The notes under the pieces are model-generated. The model had not been told where the DNA came from, ran no database searches, and saw nothing but the letters and a program-made list of their open reading frames with translations. Shown here piece after piece: positions 18,256 to 27,312 of a DNA stretch of 61,283 bases. Made by a program: the position numbers and the translations under genes. Source of the stretch: Sphaerochaeta sp. (GTDB lineage: Bacteria > Spirochaetota > Spirochaetia > Sphaerochaetales > Sphaerochaetaceae); contig NZ_JBFXGH010000002.1 in NCBI RefSeq assembly GCF_050178175.1, forward strand, positions 1 through 61,283. Direction: 5' to 3'. How positions within the stretch are numbered: the first letter of the stretch is position 1; every line of letters begins with the position of its first letter.

Positions 18256-19659
18256 TCAGTCATTTCCCCTGATAAATGATGGATCGATATTGAGCTCGTT
18301 TCGGTATTTTGCAACGGTTCTTCGAGCAACAGATATTCCCCGTTCCTTGAGCAGGTCTGAGATTTTCTGGTCGCTGAGCGCTTTCTTGCCCTCATGTGCC
18401 TCCAGTATTTGCCTGATGATCTCCTTAACCGCCTGCTTGGAATGCTCCGCGCCGTCTGCACCGACTGAGCTGCTGAACAATTTCTTTATGGGAATTATAC
18501 CCCAATCAGTATCGATCCACTTTGCGGTGGATATCCTGCTTACTGTTGTCTCATGTACCCCAATCTCCTGGGCTACAGACTTCTGGGTGAGTGGTTTCAG
18601 ATATTGTGGGCCGAGGAGAAAGAAATCCCGCTGTTCCCGAAGGAGCACCTGGGCAACCTTGTAGAGCGTCTGGTTGCGTACCTGTATCTGGAAAATCAGT
18701 TCATTGGCACTCTTGATCTGCTGGTTGATATACTGTTGTGCTTTTTTCGCCTCGTCTGCTGCCCCTACTTCTTGGGCTAGTTGCTCAAATTCTGCATTGA
18801 TCCGGAGATCAGGCAATGATGAATCATTCATCCTGAGTACAAGCTCGCCTTCTTCCTGCTTGATTGAAACATCAGGGATGACATACTGCTCAGGCCCGCT
18901 GGAGAACCCCTGTCCCGGGAAAGGGGTTAATGTTTTCAGGAAATTCCAGAGGTCTTCCAACTCCTCCGTGCTTAAGCCAAGGTTCTTAGCAACTTGGGCT
19001 TGTTTGTTTGCCCGCATCAGTTCCAGATTATCCCTGACCAATTCAGAAAATCGTGCAAGCTCTTCCCCCCTCATCCCTTTAGCCTCCGCCTGGAGAATAA
19101 GAGACTCTCGCCAATCCTTTGCACCCACGCCTGTTGGGTCGAACTGGCGGATGATAGTCAGAAGCTTGGGAAGGTGTTCCTGGAAATGTACAGGGACCAA
19201 GACATCAGGTTCTTCAGTGAAAAATCCATTTGCATCCAGGTTTGTTATCAGGAGTTCTCCAACGACGTACTCTTCCTCATTCAGGGGTTCACATCCCAGT
19301 TGGCTGAGCAAATGCTCCTGGAGTGTTTCTTCTGAGGAGAAAGCATTTTCCATGAACTTCTGCCTTCGGTCGCTTGCTTCATTGTCATAACCGGGTCGAT
19401 CGCTGCCGTAGGAAGAAGAGTCGGAGTAACTGTCATCAACCCCACTGGACTCTTTCTGTTGTTTTTGCTGGGCAAACCGCTCATAGGAAACTTCCCAGGA
19501 AGAGGGTATTTCCAGAGCAGGATTGGATTCAATTTCATTCTTGACTCGTTGTTGCAGCTCAGTGAGCGGGAGTGTCATCAACTCAAAGGACTGAAGCATT
19601 TGGGGGCTAAGCTTGAGTTGCTGTTTTTGGGAGAGTGAAAGCTGTGCTGAAAAATCCAT
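18256..19659 (-). CDS. rpoN: RNA polymerase sigma-54 factor
   Basis: Q/L-rich region I, NPALE, HETTVSR HTH, RpoN box ARRTVAKYR. Confidence 0.98.
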   Translation of the reverse strand: MDFSAQLSLSQKQQLKLSPQMLQSFELMTLPLTELQQRVKNEIESNPALEIPSSWEVSYERFAQQKQQKESSGVDDSYSDSSSYGSDRPGYDNEASDRRQKFMENAFSSEETLQEHLLSQLGCEPLNEEEYVVGELLITNLDANGFFTEEPDVLVPVHFQEHLPKLLTIIRQFDPTGVGAKDWRESLILQAEAKGMRGEELARFSELVRDNLELMRANKQAQVAKNLGLSTEELEDLWNFLKTLTPFPGQGFSSGPEQYVIPDVSIKQEEGELVLRMNDSSLPDLRINAEFEQLAQEVGAADEAKKAQQYINQQIKSANELIFQIQVRNQTLYKVAQVLLREQRDFFLLGPQYLKPLTQKSVAQEIGVHETTVSRISTAKWIDTDWGIIPIKKLFSSSVGADGAEHSKQAVKEIIRQILEAHEGKKALSDQKISDLLKERGISVARRTVAKYRNELNIDPSFIRGND

Positions 19660-20402
19660 TAGGTGTCCTCCCCGAAATCTTGTCCGAAATAAATATCCCT
19701 GGCAATCTGGTTGGAAAGCAACTCCTGCTTTCCTCCTGAAACCAGGATGGTCCCTGCATTGATGATATGTGAGCAGGAAGTGATGGAGAGTGTGTCCCGT
19801 ACATTGTGGTCGGTAAGCAGGATACCGATACCCTTCGCTGCGAGTGCCTTGATCAACTGCTTGATCTCAAAGACCGCCTTCGGGTCGATGCCCGCAAAAG
19901 GCTCATCGAGCAGGAGGAACTGTGGATTGCTTGCCAAGGAACGTGCAATCTCGGTACGTCTGCGCTCCCCGCCACTCAAGGTATATCCCTTCTGAGAGCG
20001 AATCTCTTCAATCCCGAACTCATGGAGCAACTGCTCAACCTTCTCTTCCTGTTCACTGTGGCTGAGGTCTCTTCTTGTTTGGGCGACCAAACGGATATTA
20101 TCCTCCACACTGAGTTTGCGGAAAATTGATGGTTCCTGGGGCAGGTAGGCCAGTCCCTTCTTGCTGCGTATGTACATGGGAAGTTCTGTTATATCCTCAC
20201 CATTGAGCAGAATGGTTCCCTTGCGAGCCTTGAGAAACCCTACAATCATATAGAAAGTAGTGGTTTTTCCTGCTCCATTGGGACCGAGCAACCCAATGAT
20301 CTGCCCTGAGTGCATGGAGAAGGAGACATCCTTTACAACTTCTTTCTTTCCATAGGATTTTGCCAGGTTCCGTACTTCAAGGAGGCTGGTAAACTTATCC
20401 AT
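19659..20402 (-). CDS. lptB: LptB-family ABC ATPase
   Basis: GPNGAGKTT, YLPQEPSIFRKL, LSGGERRR.EIAR, LDEPFAGIDP, TDHNVR. Start at MDKF. Confidence 0.95.
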   Translation of the reverse strand: MDKFTSLLEVRNLAKSYGKKEVVKDVSFSMHSGQIIGLLGPNGAGKTTTFYMIVGFLKARKGTILLNGEDITELPMYIRSKKGLAYLPQEPSIFRKLSVEDNIRLVAQTRRDLSHSEQEEKVEQLLHEFGIEEIRSQKGYTLSGGERRRTEIARSLASNPQFLLLDEPFAGIDPKAVFEIKQLIKALAAKGIGILLTDHNVRDTLSITSCSHIINAGTILVSGGKQELLSNQIARDIYFGQDFGEDT

Positions 20403-21018
20403 TGACAACCCCCTTGATTGCTCCTTCCATCGTGATGGCTTCGGTGGTAAGATCGACGGTGATTTTCTGTGCTTGATAGAGGTCCTTGTCCCAATCGATG
20501 GTGGCATTCCCCTCAAGGTCGAGTATTTGTGAATCCCGATTGAATCGTAAGGAATCAGCTTTACAAGCCATTGCACCACGGTCTGTGTGTTTGAAGAGTT
20601 GGACCTGGACCTGCAAGAGGACAACTCCATCATCAAGGGCGAACTCCAGGTGGAATGCAGAGGCAATCACCTCATTGATCTGGTCGTCCAGTTCGAGGTA
20701 TCCATCAATGATGATCAATTCCTCTTGGCGGTCATAGTAAAGGTTCTTGCTGTGCAAGGATATTCCCCGCTCCTCGTCATTGAGAGAAACAGATCCACTA
20801 CAGGTGGCATAACGGAATGACTCCCCTGTCAGGACGATGGTATCGGCTTCAAGACGAAGCGAACCGCTGGTAATGGTAGCCCCTTGTGAGAGTGTGATGG
20901 TCTCGAATCCCTGTTGCATATGCATGCTGGTTGAGCCCCCGGAGAAGGATATTGGCTCAGCAAGGAGGGAGACGAGAGGAAACACCAGCAGTGCGAGAAT
21001 GATTATTGCTCGTTTCAT
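20395..21018 (-). CDS. lptA: LptA/OstA-like beta-jellyroll protein
   Basis: Signal peptide and repeated short beta strands (L.AD.I...G.V.L); sits between lptC and lptB. Confidence 0.7.
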   Translation of the reverse strand: MKRAIIILALLVFPLVSLLAEPISFSGGSTSMHMQQGFETITLSQGATITSGSLRLEADTIVLTGESFRYATCSGSVSLNDEERGISLHSKNLYYDRQEELIIIDGYLELDDQINEVIASAFHLEFALDDGVVLLQVQVQLFKHTDRGAMACKADSLRFNRDSQILDLEGNATIDWDKDLYQAQKITVDLTTEAITMEGAIKGVVNG

Positions 21019-21551
21019 TGGGATATCACTCCCTCCAGCACTGCATTGAAGGTAACGCTGAAGCTTGCCAATGTGGCAGTCATTCCCGTTCCCTGTACCT
21101 TCTTGTCACCCTCATAGAGCAGGGTGACAGGAGTATCTCCCTTGCTGAGGAGTATTTCATCGTCCCCGATCCAGCTCAAGGCTTCTGCTTCAATGAGCAG
21201 GTGCTCCGGATATTTTTCCAGAGAAACAGATCCGGAAATTTCTGCATCGTAATATTCGGTGTCTACTTCTGCATAATCGGCATGCCCGCTGATGATCAGA
21301 TTCCCTTCCTCATCCTCCTGGGAGAAGTGTAAACCCCGAATAATGGCTTTATGCGTCTGGTCATAGAGGTCGATCTCATCTGCGATGACCTTAATCGGTG
21401 GTTCATTGCCACGGGCCAATACATAGGTGGCGTTTCTCAAGGTGAGATCCGGCAAGGTAAAAGAGCGTACCATTCCCTCCTGCTCGGGTGAAAGGGAGCA
21501 GGAGAGGAACAGAAACGATGCAAGAACCATGCCAAGAAGCCTTTTTCTCAT
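21015..21551 (-). CDS. lptC: LptC-like protein (possible lipoprotein, FLSC)
   Basis: N-terminal anchor and jellyroll-like strands (I.AE.L.W...V.GTG); first gene of lptCAB-rpoN. Confidence 0.65.
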   Translation of the reverse strand: MRKRLLGMVLASFLFLSCSLSPEQEGMVRSFTLPDLTLRNATYVLARGNEPPIKVIADEIDLYDQTHKAIIRGLHFSQEDEEGNLIISGHADYAEVDTEYYDAEISGSVSLEKYPEHLLIEAEALSWIGDDEILLSKGDTPVTLLYEGDKKVQGTGMTATLASFSVTFNAVLEGVISQ

Positions 21552-21588
21552 GTATTGAGTATAACCGTCGTAGCGCTTTTGAGCAATC

Positions 21589-22005
21589 TCATTCTTCCCT
21601 CTCTTCTGAGAGGACTGAAGCTACGACAGGAAGGTAGTGGTTCGCTTGTTTCTTGAAATAGAGCCAGACTCCCACGAATCCAAGGGCGATGCTACCCAAG
21701 GCAATGAGAAAGGATGCCCCAACCCCCAGCCCTGCGGCAACGGCAAGGAAATATCCAACCGGAAAAAGCAGTAAGGGGGCTATGAGCGTGATCAAGGTTC
21801 CGGCAATCGTCCTTGATGGCTTGAGGTAGATTTCAACCTCCTGTCCTTCGTCGATGGGAAGCTTGTTTTCATTCCAGGCTTCAAACTTCTTCCCCTTGGT
21901 ATTACAGAATGCAGACCCCTTGCATCCGCTGCATGCTGAACTGGTGCAGACAACCTCGACCTTATCAGGAGAGATGTTTCTTGTTACGGTAACGATCTCA
22001 TACAT
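21589..22005 (-). CDS. RseC/MucC family membrane protein
   Basis: SAC.GC....C cysteine motif, G..VEI, two C-terminal TM helices. Confidence 0.8.
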   Translation of the reverse strand: MYEIVTVTRNISPDKVEVVCTSSACSGCKGSAFCNTKGKKFEAWNENKLPIDEGQEVEIYLKPSRTIAGTLITLIAPLLLFPVGYFLAVAAGLGVGASFLIALGSIALGFVGVWLYFKKQANHYLPVVASVLSEEREE

Positions 22006-22007
22006 AG

Positions 22008-22808
22008 TTATATCCTTTCATGTTCCACCGGAACGCGGATAACCTCGAAGGAGGTTGCCTTCTTCTCGTCTGAGATATCCACCATCACCCCGACCAGGGC
22101 TAGGTCATCCCAGCACTCTTGGCTGCGAACCGGTATCTGTGCTATTTGTTTTTCAATTTCCGTGGCAGGATCGAAGCCTCCCACGCTTGTTTGGCTTCCA
22201 CATCTCCCATTGTCGGTGATATAGGCTGTGCCACCCCCTAGAATACGCCCATCGGCGCTGAGTACCTTGGTATGGGTCCCTATGACCGCAGCCGCCTTTC
22301 CATCCAGCATAAATCCCAGGGAGAGTTTCTCTGCTGTTGGGGATGCATGGAACTGTACCAAGGGAATGGCCCCCTCTTCCTGAGCCTTGTCCACCAGGAG
22401 CTGGGCAAGGCTGAAGGCATTGGAGAGGTGGGTGCGGGGAAAGTCTGCATTGCCAAGGATATTTATCACGCATACCTTCTGTTCATTCACTGTAAGAAAG
22501 CGGACACCTCTCCCAGGGTTTTGCTGTGGATAGTTTGCGGGCCTGAGGATGCTGGGATTCTTTGCAATGAACTCCACCATGTCCTTCTTGTAGTAGATTT
22601 TCTCTCCACCGGTGATCACATCGATGCCCAGCTTCAGCAACTGCATGCTGTGGGCTCGCCCAATACCGAAACCTCCGGTTGCCCCCTCTGCGTTGGCGAT
22701 CACCAAATCGATGGACTTCTCTGACCTTAGCGGTCGCAAAGCTTCCTTGACACATTGAATCCCTGGTCTTCCTACTATCTCACCTAAAAAGAGTACGCGT
22801 ATGCTCAT
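22008..22808 (-). CDS. YmdB-family (TIGR00282-like) metallophosphoesterase
   Basis: LF.GEIVGRPG, IANAE, RPANYP...PG.G, GTHT, TD.G.CG motifs; several metal ligands are substituted. Confidence 0.85.
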   Translation of the reverse strand: MSIRVLFLGEIVGRPGIQCVKEALRPLRSEKSIDLVIANAEGATGGFGIGRAHSMQLLKLGIDVITGGEKIYYKKDMVEFIAKNPSILRPANYPQQNPGRGVRFLTVNEQKVCVINILGNADFPRTHLSNAFSLAQLLVDKAQEEGAIPLVQFHASPTAEKLSLGFMLDGKAAAVIGTHTKVLSADGRILGGGTAYITDNGRCGSQTSVGGFDPATEIEKQIAQIPVRSQECWDDLALVGVMVDISDEKKATSFEVIRVPVEHERI

Positions 22809-22878
22809 GCACCTACAGTACCGAGTTTTTCCATCCGAAGGCAAGTGTGCATGGTATACTTGCCTTTGGAGGTGACCC

Positions 22879-25011
22879 GTGTATAGCCGATGGTTCTCGA
22901 AACTGGGAAAACGTGTAGTCCAGATACGTATGCAACAGATGCTCAAAAGCCGGGATGTCCAGCAGGACTATGAACCGATGAATCTCAAGCTTCCTCCAAG
23001 TAAGGAACCTTCGAAGGCCAAACAATTGCTTGCCATCCTGAGCCTTGACGAGAAAATTACCTTGCTCAGTGGGCAGGATGAGTTCTGTATCCCGGGCATT
23101 GAGCGTGTTGGCCTGAAACCGGTATGGACCAGTGATGCAACACTAGGGCTTAGGGGATGGAATGCCCCGGTAACCGATTTTCCTGCATCCATTGCCATGG
23201 CAGCATCTTGGAACGAATCTCTGCTTACCCAGGTAGGGGAATGTATTGGATCAGAATGTCGTGCCTTGGGCATCGGTGTCTTGCTTGGCCCCGGGGTGAA
23301 CCTTGCACGGGTTCCAGTCTGTGGGAGGAACTTTGAGTATTTTGGAGAGGACCCCCTGCTGGACGGAAAGATGGCAGGGGCATATATCAGGGGAGTGCAA
23401 ACCCATCCAGTCATTACAACGGTCAAGCATTTTGCCTGCAACAACAGTGAGTATGACCGGCATAAATCCAACTCTGTGGTTGATGAGAGAACGCTCAGGG
23501 AGCTCTATCTTCCTGCTTTCAAATATGCATTGGATGCCGGCTCCCTCGGTGTGATGACCAGCTATAACCAGGTCAATGGAATCTATGCAAGTGAGCACGC
23601 CTATCTCTTGGAGGGAGTCCTGAGAGGAGAGTGGCAGTTCGATGGGCTAGTCATCAGCGACTGGAATTCCTTATACAGTACCGATGGTGTACTCTCTTCC
23701 GGTGTCGACCTGGAAATGCCTGGAGGAAAATACCTGAAGAGGGAGAAGGTACTGGATGCCATTTCCAGGGGAGTGGTCACAGAGGAGGCAATCGACAGGA
23801 AGGTGCTTCATCTCTTCACTGCGTATGAGAAGGCAGGATTGTTCGACTGCCCTCTTGCCGATCATGCTCTCAAGGTAGGAAATGACAAACATCGAGAGAC
23901 TGCGTTGCAAGTGGCACGCGAGGGTGTGGTACTCCTGAAAAACAAGGATGCCGCACTTCCACTTGGTCCTTCCCTGAAGCTCTGTATAGGGGGTGACAAC
24001 GCCTTCCGGGTGGCTCAAGGAGGAGGCTCTTCCATGATCCAGTGGGTAACGCCACCAAAGACATTTGCTTCCTTGATGGAAGACAATGCGACCAGCTTGC
24101 CGCGGCATTGGTATCACCGTGCATCATACCGGAGAATTGTCGCATCCTCTGATGCGGTCGTCCTGGTCGTTGGTTTCAACCATATCGAAGAGTCAGAGGC
24201 ATACGATCGCCCTTGGGAGCTGGACCGTGCAACGCTCCGTTCGATAGAGCATGCAACGAAACTGAATAAGAGAACCATTGTTGTTGTGCAGAGTGGGGGA
24301 GCGCTCCATCTCACCCCGTTTGCCGACAAGGTTTCGGCAATTCTCTGGACTTCCTATCTAGGTTCATCAACGGCGGATGCCTTGTACGATATTCTCTTTG
24401 GGAATGTCGCTCCATCAGGCAAGCTTCCCTTTTCCATTGCTTCCTCGCTCTCGGACTACCGCTCAATGCGTAGCTATCCCAAGGATTATGCTGCGTTCTC
24501 TCTTGCGAGAATACACAAGGGACAGGGAGACCCCAATATCCGCCAGGTAAGCCCATCGGATTATACGGAGAATCTCATGGTGGGGTATCGCCAGTTTGAC
24601 AGCGAGGGACCTGCCCCCCTGTACTGTTTCGGCCATGGGTTGAGTTACGCTGCTTTCTCCTATGATGATATGATGGTGGGGGAGCAGGGAGAAGGAAATT
24701 TCGTAGTTTCTTTCTCTCTTGCCAATATATCTGATGTTTCTGGTGCAGAGGTTGTGCAACTTTATATACATCCTTTGAATGCAAAAATCTATCGGGTGAA
24801 GCAGGAACTGAAAGGGTTCAAGAAGGTGTATCTCAATGCTGGAGAGACGGCAACGATTGAGTTTTCTGTCTCTCCAGAAGATTTCTCCCGATGGGATATC
24901 GATACCTGGAGGTTCGTCAGCGATGACGGTCCCTATGAGATCAGGATTGGTTCAAGCAGTAGGGATATCCGATTGCATCAGGTGGTCGAATATAAGGAAA
25001 GGAAGCCTTGA
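22879..25011 (+). CDS. GH3 beta-glucosidase
   Basis: GRNFEYFGEDP, KHFACN, VISDW nucleophile, PSGKLP, FGHGLSY, Fn3-like C-terminus. GGAGG SD 6 nt before GTG. Confidence 0.95.
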   Translation: MYSRWFSKLGKRVVQIRMQQMLKSRDVQQDYEPMNLKLPPSKEPSKAKQLLAILSLDEKITLLSGQDEFCIPGIERVGLKPVWTSDATLGLRGWNAPVTDFPASIAMAASWNESLLTQVGECIGSECRALGIGVLLGPGVNLARVPVCGRNFEYFGEDPLLDGKMAGAYIRGVQTHPVITTVKHFACNNSEYDRHKSNSVVDERTLRELYLPAFKYALDAGSLGVMTSYNQVNGIYASEHAYLLEGVLRGEWQFDGLVISDWNSLYSTDGVLSSGVDLEMPGGKYLKREKVLDAISRGVVTEEAIDRKVLHLFTAYEKAGLFDCPLADHALKVGNDKHRETALQVAREGVVLLKNKDAALPLGPSLKLCIGGDNAFRVAQGGGSSMIQWVTPPKTFASLMEDNATSLPRHWYHRASYRRIVASSDAVVLVVGFNHIEESEAYDRPWELDRATLRSIEHATKLNKRTIVVVQSGGALHLTPFADKVSAILWTSYLGSSTADALYDILFGNVAPSGKLPFSIASSLSDYRSMRSYPKDYAAFSLARIHKGQGDPNIRQVSPSDYTENLMVGYRQFDSEGPAPLYCFGHGLSYAAFSYDDMMVGEQGEGNFVVSFSLANISDVSGAEVVQLYIHPLNAKIYRVKQELKGFKKVYLNAGETATIEFSVSPEDFSRWDIDTWRFVSDDGPYEIRIGSSSRDIRLHQVVEYKERKP

Positions 25012-25027
25012 TGACTTCCTTTCATGA

Positions 25028-25101
25028 TGAGCCCGGCGCGATTCGAACGCACGGCCTTCTCCTCCGGAGGGAGACGCTCTATCCAGCTGAGCTACGAGCC
25101 C
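25028..25101 (-). tRNA. tRNA-Arg (CCG)
   Basis: GGGCTCG acceptor, TAGCTCAGCTGGATAGAGC D-arm, TCTCC-CTCCGGA-GGAGA anticodon arm, GTTCGAATC T-loop. Confidence 0.97.
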
Positions 25102-25111
25102 ATTCACCCGT

Positions 25112-25141
25112 ATCCTACGGCAGAGGAAAGGCACGTGTCAA
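25112..25141 (-). promoter_or_regulatory. sigma70 promoter of tRNA-Arg
   Basis: TTGACA-18 nt-TAGGAT. Confidence 0.7.
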
Positions 25142-25262
25142 TAGCAGGTCTTGGAAATCGTATGACATGAGATAATATATTAATAAATTGTTTATTTAAA
25201 AAGAATAATATAACATTTTCTTAAAGATGATTACGGTAATAGAAAAAGGATTATCATTACTC

Positions 25263-25291
25263 TTGACATGGGTTACTTGCATTATTACACT
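25263..25291 (+). promoter_or_regulatory. sigma70 promoter, probably leaderless
   Basis: TTGACA-17 nt-TACACT, 6 nt before ATG 25298; AT-rich upstream tract. Confidence 0.7.
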
Positions 25292-25297
25292 TTCTGT

Positions 25298-25879
25298 ATG
25301 ATGATACAAAATCGGATGATACGCCGTCTAAAGTTCATTCTTCCCATCCTGTTCTTCCTTCTTTTGGAAGGGGCAGTCCTTGCTGCAGCCTCGCTTCCGT
25401 TTACCAGTGTCAGGATGGAAGGCAGAATGCCGGTTACCGAGATTTTCCGCGTTGAACAGAATGAGGCAGCCTTGGACTTCAACCTTTCTGCCAGCAGGAA
25501 CAGTATCATCAGGGTTGGTTCGTATACATTGGTATCGAATAACACCATCAGTAAATTTCGCTTGGCCATCCGCCCTGGTGAAGACGGGAACCAGGAATAT
25601 TTTGCATTCACCTTGGATGAGGGGGAACCCTTGCTCCAAGGGCAAGCGTCAGAGATACCTTTTACGGTACGTGTATCAAGCAATATCTCACGCGCGGTCA
25701 GTGTTGCTGGTCAGCAAGCAATGGAAAAGGATTTGGGTGTGCGAGGAGTCTACGGCAACAACGATGCAATCCTCTATGAGACAGGGGATATTCTTGCTGA
25801 GATTCCTGACTTCGATCCAGACCTCTACGCAACTGGGTGGTACTCAGCAGCTATTCAGCTGAGTATTGAAGTAATCTAG
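25298..25879 (+). CDS. Hypothetical secreted beta-rich protein (pilin/Ig-like C-terminal motif)
   Basis: Basic-hydrophobic signal ending AVLA; C-terminus ATGWYSAAIQLSIEVI. Confidence 0.65.
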   Translation: MMIQNRMIRRLKFILPILFFLLLEGAVLAAASLPFTSVRMEGRMPVTEIFRVEQNEAALDFNLSASRNSIIRVGSYTLVSNNTISKFRLAIRPGEDGNQEYFAFTLDEGEPLLQGQASEIPFTVRVSSNISRAVSVAGQQAMEKDLGVRGVYGNNDAILYETGDILAEIPDFDPDLYATGWYSAAIQLSIEVI

Positions 25880-26181
25880 AAGAGATCATCGTCGAAAAAC
25901 GCGTCTTCTTCACTCTCTTCCTCATGGAATTGGAGCCTTAGGAGGTCTTGGAGCCACTTGTGGTCATCGCTTTCCATATCCACACCATCATCGCTGTATG
26001 CATATTCTTCAGATAGCCAAGCATCCAATGCAAGCAGGGCTTCTTTTGAGGAAAAACATGGTCTGCTTTCGCTGCCAGGTGTGGTAAAAGCGCCTGTCAG
26101 CAACTGATACGGACAGGTTGCACAAGAAGCGGATAACTGACAGAAACGCATTGCATCTGTGTACCATTCTCGATTGTTCAT
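25876..26181 (-). CDS. Small hypothetical protein, Cys-containing with an acidic tail
   Basis: Start at MNNREW with TATGCT 6 nt upstream; C-x5-CxxC...C; D/E-rich end. Confidence 0.55.
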   Translation of the reverse strand: MNNREWYTDAMRFCQLSASCATCPYQLLTGAFTTPGSESRPCFSSKEALLALDAWLSEEYAYSDDGVDMESDDHKWLQDLLRLQFHEEESEEDAFFDDDLF

Positions 26182-26223
26182 GCACACAGCATACTCCACG
26201 GTTCCCTGTTTTACTACAGTTTC

Positions 26224-26315
26224 TTCATTCCCCAACGAAGCGAGAGTAGCGGAAGCCATGGTTCCATTACCGAGCGAGTGCTGGGAAAGCGAGGTGAGAT
26301 ACCCCGCCCCTTGGG
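26224..26315. repeat. Structured intergenic repeat element, copy B
   Basis: Colinear similarity to 4994-5090; lies between divergent promoters. Confidence 0.8.
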
Positions 26316-26338
26316 CCAGGGCTATTGGTACCTTCCAT

Positions 26339-26367
26339 TTGACTGTAATTGGCAGAGAAGATAGAAT
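26339..26367 (+). promoter_or_regulatory. sigma70 promoter of the nucleotidyltransferase gene
   Basis: TTGACT-17 nt-TAGAAT. Confidence 0.65.
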
Positions 26368-26402
26368 GAAACCATCTGAGTACGGATTTGAGGAGAGAAA
26401 GC

Positions 26403-27311
26403 ATGAAACCAACACTTTTGGTAATGGCAGCTGGTATGGGAAGCCGCTATGGCGGCATCAAGCAGATTGACAGCGTAGGAAACCATGGAGAGACGTTGTT
26501 GGATTATGGTGTCTACGATGCCCATCGTAGTGGCTTTGAGAAAGTTGTCTTTATCATCCGTAAGGATATTGAGAAGGATTTCCGGGAACGTTTGTTCGAC
26601 CGGATTGCAAACAATATGGATGCCACCTATGTTTTCCAGAGCCAGGATGCACTCCTCACTGAGGAGCAGAAACGACTTGCAGCAAACAGAAAGAAACCCT
26701 GGGGAACGATCCATGCAGTTCTCTGTGCAGAGAATACGGTAAAGGAGCCCTTTGCTGTCATCAATGCAGATGACTACTATGGCAGGGAGGCCTTTGCTAT
26801 CCTGGCAGGGCACCTTGCGAACCTGGAACCAGGAAGCAAAGAGCATGCAATGGTTGGGTATGTCCTCGATCATACGATGAGTAAGAGTGGAACAGTCAGC
26901 CGTGCTATCTGCAATGTTAAGGATGGCTATCTTGTAAGCATGGAAGAGCATACCAAGATTGGATATGAAGGGGATAAGGTGGTCAGCCACCAGAGTTCCG
27001 GTGACATCGTGCTTACTGGTAAGGAGTGGGTTTCCATGAATTTCTTTGGATTTTCACCCACTGCTTTTGAAAGCTTCAACAGCTACTGGGACGCCTTCAT
27101 CAAGGATCATATCACCAGTGAAAAGACTGAGTGTTATCTACCGAATGGTGCCAGCAATATTGTAACAACCGGGGAAGGGAAGATGCGCTTCTATACCACC
27201 CAGGAGAGCTGGTTCGGAATGACGTACAGTGAGGATAAGGATATTGTGAAGAATGAGCTTGCCAAGAAGGTATCTTCAGGTTATTACCCAGACAAGCTCT
27301 GGAAACTCTAG
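26403..27311 (+). CDS. Sugar-phosphate nucleotidyltransferase family protein
   Basis: MAAGMGSRYGG.KQ, RKKPWGT.HAV, VINADDYYG, WFGMTY.ED. Confidence 0.9.
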   Translation: MKPTLLVMAAGMGSRYGGIKQIDSVGNHGETLLDYGVYDAHRSGFEKVVFIIRKDIEKDFRERLFDRIANNMDATYVFQSQDALLTEEQKRLAANRKKPWGTIHAVLCAENTVKEPFAVINADDYYGREAFAILAGHLANLEPGSKEHAMVGYVLDHTMSKSGTVSRAICNVKDGYLVSMEEHTKIGYEGDKVVSHQSSGDIVLTGKEWVSMNFFGFSPTAFESFNSYWDAFIKDHITSEKTECYLPNGASNIVTTGEGKMRFYTTQESWFGMTYSEDKDIVKNELAKKVSSGYYPDKLWKL

Positions 27312-27312
27312 G

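Noticed and set aside
26200-26340. SRP RNA, 6S RNA or tRNA-Sec
   Set aside because: No SRP domain IV GNRA motif, no long 6S rod, and no TCA anticodon or T-loop.
26280-26350. Cobalamin riboswitch-like GGGAA..GGTG.GAT.CC...ACTGTAA
   Set aside because: Spacing is wrong, there is no B12 box (GCCACTG / AGYCAG.AGACC), no B12-related neighbours, and ACTGTAA overlaps a -35 box.
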